The position numbers and the translations under genes are program-made. From Patescibacteria group bacterium (GTDB lineage: Bacteria > Patescibacteriota > Minisyncoccia > Minisyncoccales > UBA10102): a stretch of 64,000 nt of DNA. The notes below the pieces were generated by a model, which did no database searches, was not told where the DNA came from, and saw only the letters and a program-made list of their open reading frames with translations. Positions 55,824 to 64,000 of the stretch are shown in pieces (position 1 is the first letter of the stretch; each line of letters opens with the position of its first letter). Where the stretch lies: the NCBI GenBank assembly GCA_022563395.1, contig JADFNM010000001.1, positions 526,342 through 590,341 on the forward strand. The letters are read 5' to 3'.

Positions 55824-57863
55824 CTACTCCTGTGTTGGTGGATCAGAAGGTTTGTTTCGGAGTATTCGATATGCCAACGCCGCTCCAGCAACTAAAATTA
55901 TAATCACAATACTAATGCCGATGATTGTCGGCAGCCAGCGACGCAAAGGAGATTGGGCTGGCTGGGATTGATTGGATTGCTGGGGCTGAGTATTCAATTG
56001 TGGATCTTGGTTGATTGTGGGCGTAGGTGCAGGCGTAGGTGTGGATGTAGGTGTGGTCGTATCATATCCTGCAGAGGAGGTAGCTGCTACGGAGAATGAA
56101 ATAGAATAATCACTTGTATTTTTGTTGCCCGCTGTGTCTTTGCAGCGTACATAGAAAGTGTAAGAACTTTTGTCGGTAAGGCTGGTGATGAGAGTTGAAT
56201 AGATATTCCCCCAATGCCTGCGAAAAGTATTTGTCATTGAATCATATGCTGTGCCTGCGGCTGCTGAATATCGGCAGGTTGCTGATTCATTGGTTGTAAG
56301 GGAAATATTTGTCTGTGTAATTCCAGAAGTCAGTGTTCCCGATGGTAATGCACTTGAGCGCACCGGAGGAAGAATGTCTTGGGGAGGAGGAACTGCAGCC
56401 GTCTTAAATGTTTGTGTTGTGCTTATAATAAGGTTTCCCGCGGTATCCTTTGATTTAATCCTGTAGTAATAGGTTGTGTTTGCGGTGAGAGTGAAGAGAT
56501 TGATGACATGGGTTGTGATGAGACTTGAAACAAGGGGTGTGTTGTTTGAGCAGGGACAGGGAGAAGTGCTAAATTCAATTTGGCCATCTGCGGGCTCATT
56601 GGTACTCCAGTTAATACTTGCAGTAGATTCTGTAAGATTGGAAATACTGATGTTGGAGATTGAGTCGATGGTGAATGGGTCTACGGTCGGAGCGGGAGGA
56701 GGGGGAGGAGGAGCATTTGGATCAACTAATGGATTTGTACCGTTTTGTATTTCAGTTAAATCATCTACTCCATCGCCATCAGTATCGGCGGTTAAAAAGT
56801 TCGTTTTGTATCCTAACACACCCTGTAATTCAGCCCAGTTCAATATACCATCTCTATCGCTATCATGATTACTAGGAAGTACTCCTTCTTTCATTAGTGC
56901 ATTGTCTTTAGGAAAAACCTCGTCAATTGTGAATGATTCAAAAGAGCAGCCCGTTAAGTCGCATGTAGTTACTTTATCTATTGCACTTACTTGGCCTCTG
57001 TCTATTAGACCCATCTGGAACAGAGTCATATCATGCCAGCTGGCAGCTTCAAAGAACTGTTGGTAAGTTAGCCCAAGATTTTCATATTTTCCATTTGTAT
57101 TCTTTAAATAAAAATCTTTACCTAGATTTAAAAAGTCATTTGCGACTGTATTACGACCATAATGAGAACCCAAGCTATCCGTAAGTCCAAGAGGATTAGA
57201 ATTTGAAAAATCCCCCATAATTACACCCCATTGGTGGACAGTTTCCCGCATTAAAACGCTGGCTTTCCAATAAATATCTTGGACTAATGCACCACACAGC
57301 TTATTTATGTTCGCTAGCCAGTTCAGCCCCTTAAATCTACACGTGTTTACACCGTCACCGCAAAAGTTTTCTGAAGATATCTCGACGTCAAGACGATGAG
57401 GTATAATCTTATGGTCGCAAAACCATGTTCCTTCTGTCCAAGTGTCTGCAATAGTTATGAAATCATAAGTATCTTTTTTGTCTGGATTCTCTCTGTAAAA
57501 CTGGGGGATTGCAGCACGCCAGTATCCAGGACCTGTACCACGTTCAGGAGTCGGTTTATATTCAAACTGATAAAAGTCTGTTGCATCTATTTGACTTCCG
57601 GGAGTTATGCTGTTCCATTTACCTTCAAACAAATTTACAGCTGTTTTCAAATCTTGAATATTGCCCTCTGTTGCTGGAAAACCAGGAATACTAATCAACA
57701 AAGTAGCCATCTTGAATTTGCAAGTGCCAGTTTCGCATTGTGTTTTTGGGGCAATGGCATAAACACTTGATGGCGACAAGCTAGTAAATATAAATCCCAG
57801 AGCACCCGCCAACACGACGATCAAAATAATGAACGCTATGTTTACAAATCCTTTTTGATTCAT
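55824..57863 (-). CDS. Large surface protein (pilin-like leader, zincin-like region, Ca-binding DxDxDG repeats, Fn3-like domains, C-terminal TM)
   Basis: MNQKGF+hydrophobic helix, DSDRDG/DTDGDG, WSTNEPAD..YYYRI, PT-rich linker. Confidence 0.75.
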   Translation of the reverse strand: MNQKGFVNIAFIILIVVLAGALGFIFTSLSPSSVYAIAPKTQCETGTCKFKMATLLISIPGFPATEGNIQDLKTAVNLFEGKWNSITPGSQIDATDFYQFEYKPTPERGTGPGYWRAAIPQFYRENPDKKDTYDFITIADTWTEGTWFCDHKIIPHRLDVEISSENFCGDGVNTCRFKGLNWLANINKLCGALVQDIYWKASVLMRETVHQWGVIMGDFSNSNPLGLTDSLGSHYGRNTVANDFLNLGKDFYLKNTNGKYENLGLTYQQFFEAASWHDMTLFQMGLIDRGQVSAIDKVTTCDLTGCSFESFTIDEVFPKDNALMKEGVLPSNHDSDRDGILNWAELQGVLGYKTNFLTADTDGDGVDDLTEIQNGTNPLVDPNAPPPPPPAPTVDPFTIDSISNISISNLTESTASINWSTNEPADGQIEFSTSPCPCSNNTPLVSSLITTHVINLFTLTANTTYYYRIKSKDTAGNLIISTTQTFKTAAVPPPQDILPPVRSSALPSGTLTSGITQTNISLTTNESATCRYSAAAGTAYDSMTNTFRRHWGNIYSTLITSLTDKSSYTFYVRCKDTAGNKNTSDYSISFSVAATSSAGYDTTTPTSTPTPAPTPTINQDPQLNTQPQQSNQSQPAQSPLRRWLPTIIGISIVIIILVAGAALAYRILRNKPSDPPTQE

Positions 57864-57873
57864 ATGGTAGTTG

Positions 57874-57957
57874 TGCCCGGGGTGGGAGTTGAACCCACAC
57901 GGTGTTGCCACCACGGGATTTTGAGTCCCGCATGTCTGCCAGTTCCATCACCCAGGC
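57874..57957 (-). tRNA. tRNA-Leu(CAA)
   Basis: GCCTGGG/CCCGGGC acceptor, CT-CAA-AA loop, long variable arm, GGTTCAACTCC; CCA not encoded. Confidence 0.96.
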
Positions 57958-57969
57958 ATTTTCTTACAA

Positions 57970-60066
57970 TTATACTGATTTTTTCTTTTTTTGCAAACCA
58001 GAACACCCTTTATTAGAGCACTTAATTGTGTCTTTTGTGCCTTGTACCAGCAAACTTCCACAGTTTTTGCATATTTCTCCCGTGGGTTTGTACCATAGGG
58101 CATAATCGCAGTCAGGATACTGATTACAGGCATAGAATATCTTGCCTCGACGAGTTCGTTTTTCCACTAATTCACCCTTCTTACACTTGGGACAAATAAT
58201 GTCTAGAGACCTTGGTTTGTTCTTTTCTAAGGGCTCCGTGTGCCGGCATTCAGGGAACTTAGAGCAGGCATAGAACTTGCCGTACCTACCAAAACGTATC
58301 ACTATAGGGGCTCCACACTCTGGGCAGTCCTTGTCTTTAACAACTTCCACCAGGTCTTTTTTTTGAACCTCCTCATACTTTTTTTGAAGGTTCACGTCAA
58401 AGGGCTTGTAGAATTCTTGTAGCATGGGAACCCAGTCTTTTTTTCCCTCTGCAATATCGTCTAAGCCCTCTTCCATATTTGCAGTAAACTTTAGGTCCAC
58501 GATGTCGGGGAAATGTTGCATTAAGAGATCGTTAACTGTAGTTCCAAGCTCGGTGGGAAACAGTCTTCTTTTCTCGTCTTTTTCCACATATCCTCTTTCT
58601 TGAATGGTAGAGAGAGTAGGAGCGTAGGTTGAGGGTCTTCCGATGCCGTGTTCTTCCAAGATTTTAATTAAAGAGGCCTCCGTGTATCTTGCAGGGGGTT
58701 GGGTGAAGTGCTGCAAGGAAAGCAGTTCTTTTAAAGAAAGGATATCTCCTTTTTGCATTGTGGGGAGGTCTGCTTCCTCAAACTTCATTTCATATACCTT
58801 AAGATATCCTTCAAATTTCAACATCTGTCCTGTTACGCGAAAGATGTAATTACCCCCTCCAGAGGCGGGTCCGCCTTTGGCAGAAGCCAGAATATCTATA
58901 CTGGTAGCATCTACCAGCGCAGAAGACATTTGAGAAGCAATGAACCTTTGCCAAACAAGTTCATACAGTTTTAACTTGGGGCCCACGAGACCCGAGGATT
59001 CAAGAGTTGCAAAGGCGGGCTTGCCCGTCGAAGCCTTGGCGAAGGCGGGGCGTATTGCTTCATGCGCTTCTTGGGCACCCCGGGATTTGGTTTTGAAGGT
59101 TCTCTGAAAGCCTGGCCAGTAATTTTTACCGTAGGTTTTCTGGATAAACGCTTTTGCAGAACTCAAAGAAAGTTGGGATAGATTCAAAGAGTCTGTTCTA
59201 TGATAGGTAATGAGTCCTTGCTCGTATAACTGCTGGGCAAGCTGCATGGTAAACTTTGCTGGGAAATGGAACTTTTGTCCCGCGGCCTGTTGCAGTGTGG
59301 AGGTGGTAAAAGGAGGCAGGGGATTTCGTTTCACTTCTTTTCGCTCAACTTCCTGGACCTTGTATTCTGCTTTTTTGAGATCCTTTAAAATTGCATCTGC
59401 TTCTTTCTTGTCTTGGATGCCGAGCTTTTCGAAGATTTTTTCTCCTCTTTTTTGCAATATGGCTCTGAACACTTTCTTTTCTTTTTGAAGGTCAGCTTCA
59501 ATGCTCCAATATTCTTGCGCCTTGAATTTTTTAATTTCCTGTTCTCGGTCAGCTAAAATTCTGACTGCAACAGACTGTACCCTTCCGGCTGATAATCCTC
59601 TTGAAACCTTTTTCCAAAGAAAAGGAGAAAGTTTGTATCCTACCAGTCTATCTAATATTCTCCTTGCCTGCTGGGCATTTACTCGGTCTTCATCAATTTT
59701 CCGCGGGTTTTTTAGTGCTTCCTGAATGGCGGGTTTGGTAATCTCATGGAACACAATACGTTCTGGCTCTTTTAACTCCAGGATTTCAGCCAAATGCCAG
59801 GCAATGGCTTCACCTTCTCGGTCTTCATCTGTTGCCAGGATTACCTTTTTTGCCTTCTTTGCAGCATTTTTTAAAGAGGTGACTGTCTTTCTTGCCTTGG
59901 TGGGGATGACATAGGTTGGCTCAAAGTCTTTTTCAACATCAATGCCAAGCTTCCCTTTTGGAAGGTCTCTTATGTGTCCAAACGAAGACTGCACGTTATA
60001 TTCTTTTCCCAAGAAGCCCTCCAAGGTTCTCGCTTTTGTTGGTGATTCTACTATGACAAGGCGCAT
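57970..60066 (-). CDS. topA: DNA topoisomerase I
   Basis: IVESPTKA, ATDEDREGEAI, SAGRVQS, ITYHRTD, GIGRPSTY, C-terminal Zn ribbons. Confidence 0.98.
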   Translation of the reverse strand: MRLVIVESPTKARTLEGFLGKEYNVQSSFGHIRDLPKGKLGIDVEKDFEPTYVIPTKARKTVTSLKNAAKKAKKVILATDEDREGEAIAWHLAEILELKEPERIVFHEITKPAIQEALKNPRKIDEDRVNAQQARRILDRLVGYKLSPFLWKKVSRGLSAGRVQSVAVRILADREQEIKKFKAQEYWSIEADLQKEKKVFRAILQKRGEKIFEKLGIQDKKEADAILKDLKKAEYKVQEVERKEVKRNPLPPFTTSTLQQAAGQKFHFPAKFTMQLAQQLYEQGLITYHRTDSLNLSQLSLSSAKAFIQKTYGKNYWPGFQRTFKTKSRGAQEAHEAIRPAFAKASTGKPAFATLESSGLVGPKLKLYELVWQRFIASQMSSALVDATSIDILASAKGGPASGGGNYIFRVTGQMLKFEGYLKVYEMKFEEADLPTMQKGDILSLKELLSLQHFTQPPARYTEASLIKILEEHGIGRPSTYAPTLSTIQERGYVEKDEKRRLFPTELGTTVNDLLMQHFPDIVDLKFTANMEEGLDDIAEGKKDWVPMLQEFYKPFDVNLQKKYEEVQKKDLVEVVKDKDCPECGAPIVIRFGRYGKFYACSKFPECRHTEPLEKNKPRSLDIICPKCKKGELVEKRTRRGKIFYACNQYPDCDYALWYKPTGEICKNCGSLLVQGTKDTIKCSNKGCSGLQKKKKSV

Positions 60067-60201
60067 AATGGTTTTAGTATAGTATCATTTTATCCTTGTT
60101 GACAAATCAGAGGGTTCTCGGTAAGCTTCAACCAGTTTTGGTTCGTTGTCAACTGAATACAGAAAGGGAAGCTTCGAAAAGAACATTCTGGAGGTGCAAC
60201 G

Positions 60202-61395
60202 ATGACCCAAAAGACTATTGAACGGCGGTCATGGCTGCCCGAAGGAAAACAAAATCTCTTTCAGGCAGTCAAGGCCAAGCGGGCCGAGGCTGAAGCGCGC
60301 GGGATTAAGGTGTTGAACCTTGCCATTGGGCAGCCCACGGGTCCTGCGTTTTTGGTTGCTAGGATGGTGGCGGCCCAGGCGGTGATGAGCAAGGAAGAGT
60401 CCATGCACGAGTACCAAGACAACGGAAGTCCTGGTGTGCCGGACTTTGCCAGGAAGTTTGTTCAGCTCCACGTCAAGCGAGATCTAGGCGGAGAGGACGT
60501 CACGTTCCTTCCAATCCCTGGTATCAAACCCATGCTTGGGCTCATTCCATTGGCATGCGGCGCTGCCGGACGCGATATCAATGTGGGCACCATGACCAGA
60601 CCTGGGTACCCAACGCCTGCTGACTGGTGTTCCTACCTTGGTGTGGAAACTACGCAGCTTCTCCTGACTCCCGAGAACGAGTTTCGGTTCGCTTCCGAGG
60701 ACATCACAGCGGAGCTCTTGATGCTCAACTATCCGCATAACCCGTCAGGGCAGGTGGCGACCCGCGAGTGGTGGCAGGAGATCTGCGCCTCTTGTCAGAA
60801 GAACGGTATACGCATCTTCAACGATGCTGCATACGCCATGCTGGCCCACACCAAGGAAGCGTGCACGCTCTCTGAGGTGGCGCCTGACTACCCGGACCTT
60901 TCGTGGGCGGAGGCGTTCTCTGCTTCCAAGGCAATCGGCAACGGCACGGGGTGGCGAGTTGGGGCCATCGCGGGGTCCCCGGATTTTGTTAAGGATATTG
61001 CCACCATCAAGGGGAATACAGATAGCGGGTTTGTGGCCCCTATGGCAGCGGGCGCGCTGGCCGCCCTTCAAGACGGCATGGCGAGCGTGGTCTCGGTTCG
61101 TGAGACCTATGCCAGACGTATCTCTCTGCTCATCTCCGCACTCAAAGCACAGGGCATGGAGCTGGCGGTGCAGCCAGGAGCCGGGTTCTTCACTCTATGG
61201 AAAGTGCCCAAGATAGCGTTCGGAGAACCGGTGCTGGATGCAGAACAGTTCAACTTCCACATGATCGAGGAGACAGGCGTCACCGGAGTGCACTTCAACC
61301 CCGACTATATCCGCTATGCGGTGTGCGGGGATGTGGAGGCGATGCTCCCCGACATCGTGAGGGGATTCCAAAAGGCCGCTGTTTCCTACGAGTAG
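60202..61395 (+). CDS. PLP-dependent class I/II aminotransferase (LL-DAP aminotransferase-like)
   Basis: NLAIGQP, PGYP, NYPHNPSG, DAAY, SASK, GWRVG. Confidence 0.88.
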   Translation: MTQKTIERRSWLPEGKQNLFQAVKAKRAEAEARGIKVLNLAIGQPTGPAFLVARMVAAQAVMSKEESMHEYQDNGSPGVPDFARKFVQLHVKRDLGGEDVTFLPIPGIKPMLGLIPLACGAAGRDINVGTMTRPGYPTPADWCSYLGVETTQLLLTPENEFRFASEDITAELLMLNYPHNPSGQVATREWWQEICASCQKNGIRIFNDAAYAMLAHTKEACTLSEVAPDYPDLSWAEAFSASKAIGNGTGWRVGAIAGSPDFVKDIATIKGNTDSGFVAPMAAGALAALQDGMASVVSVRETYARRISLLISALKAQGMELAVQPGAGFFTLWKVPKIAFGEPVLDAEQFNFHMIEETGVTGVHFNPDYIRYAVCGDVEAMLPDIVRGFQKAAVSYE

Positions 61396-61439
61396 CACAC
61401 TCGTCGGCACGGCTATCGACACAATGGGCAACCAGCGTA

Positions 61440-63413
61440 CTACGTTGGCTGCCCTTTTCTTTTGAGTTTTTCTACCGCATCACTCAACATTTGGCAATAT
61501 AAGTTTAAACCGACGGCGTTCATGTTGCCGGATTGTTCCTTTCCCAGAATGTTTCCTGCTCCTCTAATCTCCATGTCCCGCAGGGCAATCTTGTACCCAG
61601 AACCAAGCTCTCCTGCCTCTTTTAAAGCTTGCAATCTGAGCTTTGCCTTGTCTGTGAGTTTTGCGCCGTGCAGGAAGTAAGCAAAAGATTCTGTGTGTGA
61701 CCTTCCAATGCGTCCCCTAATCTGGTAGGCCTGGGAAAGCCCCAACTTTGTTGCGTCTTCCACAATTAAGGTATTCACATTGGGAAGATCCAGCCCATTT
61801 TCAATAATGGTGGTGGCAAGCAGAATATCATATTTCCTTTGCTGGAAATCCTCCATGACGCGTACCATTTCTTTTTCTGGAAGCCTGCCGTGTATAATTC
61901 CAATCTTTGCTTTGGGCAGAAGCTTTTGCAAAGCTTTCTTTACCATGCCAATGGTCCCAACCCGGTTGTGGAGGTAATAGACCTGCCCGCCTCGCTTAAG
62001 CTCTCTTTCTATTGCTTCTTTTACGATCTTGCTGTTCCTTTTTTGCACAGACATTTGAACCGGAAACCTTCCCTCGGGGGGCGTCTGTACCATACTCATA
62101 CCTTTCAAAGAAGACAAAGACATATACAGGGTTCTTGGGATGGGGGTTGCAGAAAGGGAGAGTACGTCCAGAGAAGTTCTAAGTTCTCGCAGCTTTTCTT
62201 TTTGCTTCACCCCAAATCTTTGCTCGTCGTCAATGATAAGAAGGCCGAGGTTTTTGAACTTCACGTCCGAGGAAAGAAGCCGGTGAGTCCCAACAATAAT
62301 GTCTACCTTCCCCTCCTGTATTTCCTGCAGAATCTCTTCTTGTTCTTTTTTTGTTTGCAGGCGCGAGAGCAACTGCACTTTTAAGGGAAGATCTTTTAAA
62401 CGTTCTTTGAAGTTCTGGAAATGTTGGTGAGCCAAAATGGTGGTAGGGGAAAGCATTGCTGCTTGGTACCCTTGTTCTGTTGCATGGACCATGGTGCGCA
62501 AGGCAATCTCTGTTTTGCCAAACCCTACGTCTCCCAATACGATTCTGTCCATGGGTTCTTCTTTTGAGAGGTCTTGCTCAATATCCTTTAGTGCTTGGAG
62601 CTGGTCTGGCGTTTCTTGGTAGGGGAAAGAAGACGCCACCCTGCGCGAAAGTTCGTCTGGAGGATTGTAGGAAGGCCTTAAAGAAACCTCCCTTGCGGCA
62701 TACAGCTCTAAGAGTTCTCTTGCGAGTTTCTCTACCTCTTCTCTGATTCTTCGTTTGGTCTTTATCCAAAAAGGAGAACCCAGACGGGATACCTTGGGTT
62801 CTCTGAAGCCAACATATCTTGAGAGCTTTTTTTCCAATCCTTTGGGCAAAAAGAGCTTGTCTCCTGCTGCATATTCAAGAATATAGTAGGGCTGTTCTCG
62901 TATTTCTGTAATGCCTGTGAACTTTGCTACCCCATGGTCTAGGTGCACCACGTACTCATTTTCTTTAAGTCCGGTAATGTCTGAAAATGCCCTTTGGGAC
63001 TGGAGGCGCTTTTTGAGAACTGCGAGGGAAGATTTTTCCTCTGTGGTAACGGGAAGTTCTTCTATCTCTTCAATCTTGTTTCCTATAAACTCAATTCGCA
63101 GGGCATTCTTTCTGCTTAAAGGGAATACCTCTACGGTTCCACCCTGGTGTGAAAACTCTCCGGGATCTCTAACCCCAAACACCTTCTCATATCCCAGTTC
63201 GTCCAACCGCCTCAAAAGGGGGGTCAGACCCCCCTTTGAGCCTTGTTCTAGGAGCAGGGTGTTTTCCTGGAAAAAGGGTTGGGTCTGTCGTGCCTTGAGA
63301 ATGCGAGAAAAGTTTTCTTCAAACCAAAGCCACCCCTTTTCTACAAAGTATGGGGTGATAGCTACTATTAATACTCTATTGATTGATTTGGATGTTAGTG
63401 GCATCCGTACCAT
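61440..63413 (-). CDS. mfd: Truncated transcription-repair coupling factor (start uncertain)
   Basis: VVHLDHG CarD/RID, ETPDQ, GDVGFGKTE, DDEQRFGV, SATPIPRTL, RDMEIRGAGNILG. Confidence 0.92.
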   Translation of the reverse strand: MVRMPLTSKSINRVLIVAITPYFVEKGWLWFEENFSRILKARQTQPFFQENTLLLEQGSKGGLTPLLRRLDELGYEKVFGVRDPGEFSHQGGTVEVFPLSRKNALRIEFIGNKIEEIEELPVTTEEKSSLAVLKKRLQSQRAFSDITGLKENEYVVHLDHGVAKFTGITEIREQPYYILEYAAGDKLFLPKGLEKKLSRYVGFREPKVSRLGSPFWIKTKRRIREEVEKLARELLELYAAREVSLRPSYNPPDELSRRVASSFPYQETPDQLQALKDIEQDLSKEEPMDRIVLGDVGFGKTEIALRTMVHATEQGYQAAMLSPTTILAHQHFQNFKERLKDLPLKVQLLSRLQTKKEQEEILQEIQEGKVDIIVGTHRLLSSDVKFKNLGLLIIDDEQRFGVKQKEKLRELRTSLDVLSLSATPIPRTLYMSLSSLKGMSMVQTPPEGRFPVQMSVQKRNSKIVKEAIERELKRGGQVYYLHNRVGTIGMVKKALQKLLPKAKIGIIHGRLPEKEMVRVMEDFQQRKYDILLATTIIENGLDLPNVNTLIVEDATKLGLSQAYQIRGRIGRSHTESFAYFLHGAKLTDKAKLRLQALKEAGELGSGYKIALRDMEIRGAGNILGKEQSGNMNAVGLNLYCQMLSDAVEKLKRKGQPT

Positions 63414-63537
63414 GTATAACAAAAACCCCCATATTTTCATAGAGGGGCTGGTTGACAATCCCACACATCTCTAGTGTAATAAAAGAGCAAGGGAAGTCAA
63501 TTGCACCTTGAAAATCACAACGGAAAGGAGGAAAGGC

Positions 63538-64000
63538 ATGAGCAACAGAATACTTGTTTTCAGTGGATCCAACTCTCCCCGCGTACGCCGAGCCTTCCTC
63601 CTTATTGCTGCAATTGCAAAAACGCAATGGGAGATAATAGGAGAAAGCTTCTACGTCTGGGTGGGAGACGATACGAGAACATCAGTGAAACAGCTTGCAG
63701 ACCAGTTCCAACTACAAAGTAGACTGCCAAGCAGAAAAACAGAACAGGGAGGCACAGCCCTTCAGCTTTTGCCGACTCCTGAGCAACGAAAGCTTTCGTT
63801 CAATCTTGACCACCCAGTTTCTCTAGCAATTCCTGTCGCAAAAGAAACAAGAAGGAGGAAAGTCCATTCTTATCTTGGCAAACCAATTCCCATTAAGTCT
63901 CTTCTGGAGGAGGAGAAAAGAGGAAGGAGCAAGAAGCTATCTGATGGCGACTTGCGTAAATCTCTGCGAAAACGTGGGCTTGAGGGAACTGCTAAACATT
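63538..64000 (+). CDS. Hypothetical protein, partial (runs off window)
   Basis: TTGACA-17-TGTAAT promoter, AGGAGG SD, frame MSNRILVFSG open to window end. Confidence 0.65.
   Translation, partial: MSNRILVFSGSNSPRVRRAFLLIAAIAKTQWEIIGESFYVWVGDDTRTSVKQLADQFQLQSRLPSRKTEQGGTALQLLPTPEQRKLSFNLDHPVSLAIPVAKETRRRKVHSYLGKPIPIKSLLEEEKRGRSKKLSDGDLRKSLRKRGLEGTAKH

Overview
64 kb of a reduced bacterial chromosome, about 43-45% GC by eye, genetic code 11. The gene content and style suggest Patescibacteria/CPR, probably Parcubacteria (inference). Most of the window is housekeeping: rpsT, uvrB, ruvA, two MurE-like ligases, infC-rpmI-rplT, ssrA+smpB, argS, ileS, glyQS, metG, leuS, glmS, glyA, folD, topA, a short mfd, polX, EndoQ, tRNA-Arg and tRNA-Leu. 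Single accessory genes with their own promoters and terminators are interspersed. No CRISPR array, transposase, integrase or reverse transcriptase was seen. The main unexplained signals are: (1) a dispersed 17-bp palindromic unit, paired at fixed 20/21/25-bp spacing, at about 16 loci, including in-frame inside murE, argS, ileS and leuS, some with DnaA-box spacers, plus other REP-like families nested in proteins; (2) a 145-nt Y-shaped structured element abutting a PD-(D/E)XK nuclease gene; (3) an orphan GC-rich ~240-nt ncRNA candidate; (4) a glmS-GNAT-HAD-kinase-nucleotidyltransferase cluster suggesting a GlmM-independent UDP-GlcNAc route; (5) a degenerate HisG-Lrp fusion divergent from an AlaDH-like/MurE operon; (6) a probable remote DGR target gene; (7) a textbook attenuator. 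All calls are from motif recognition by eye; no searches were run.
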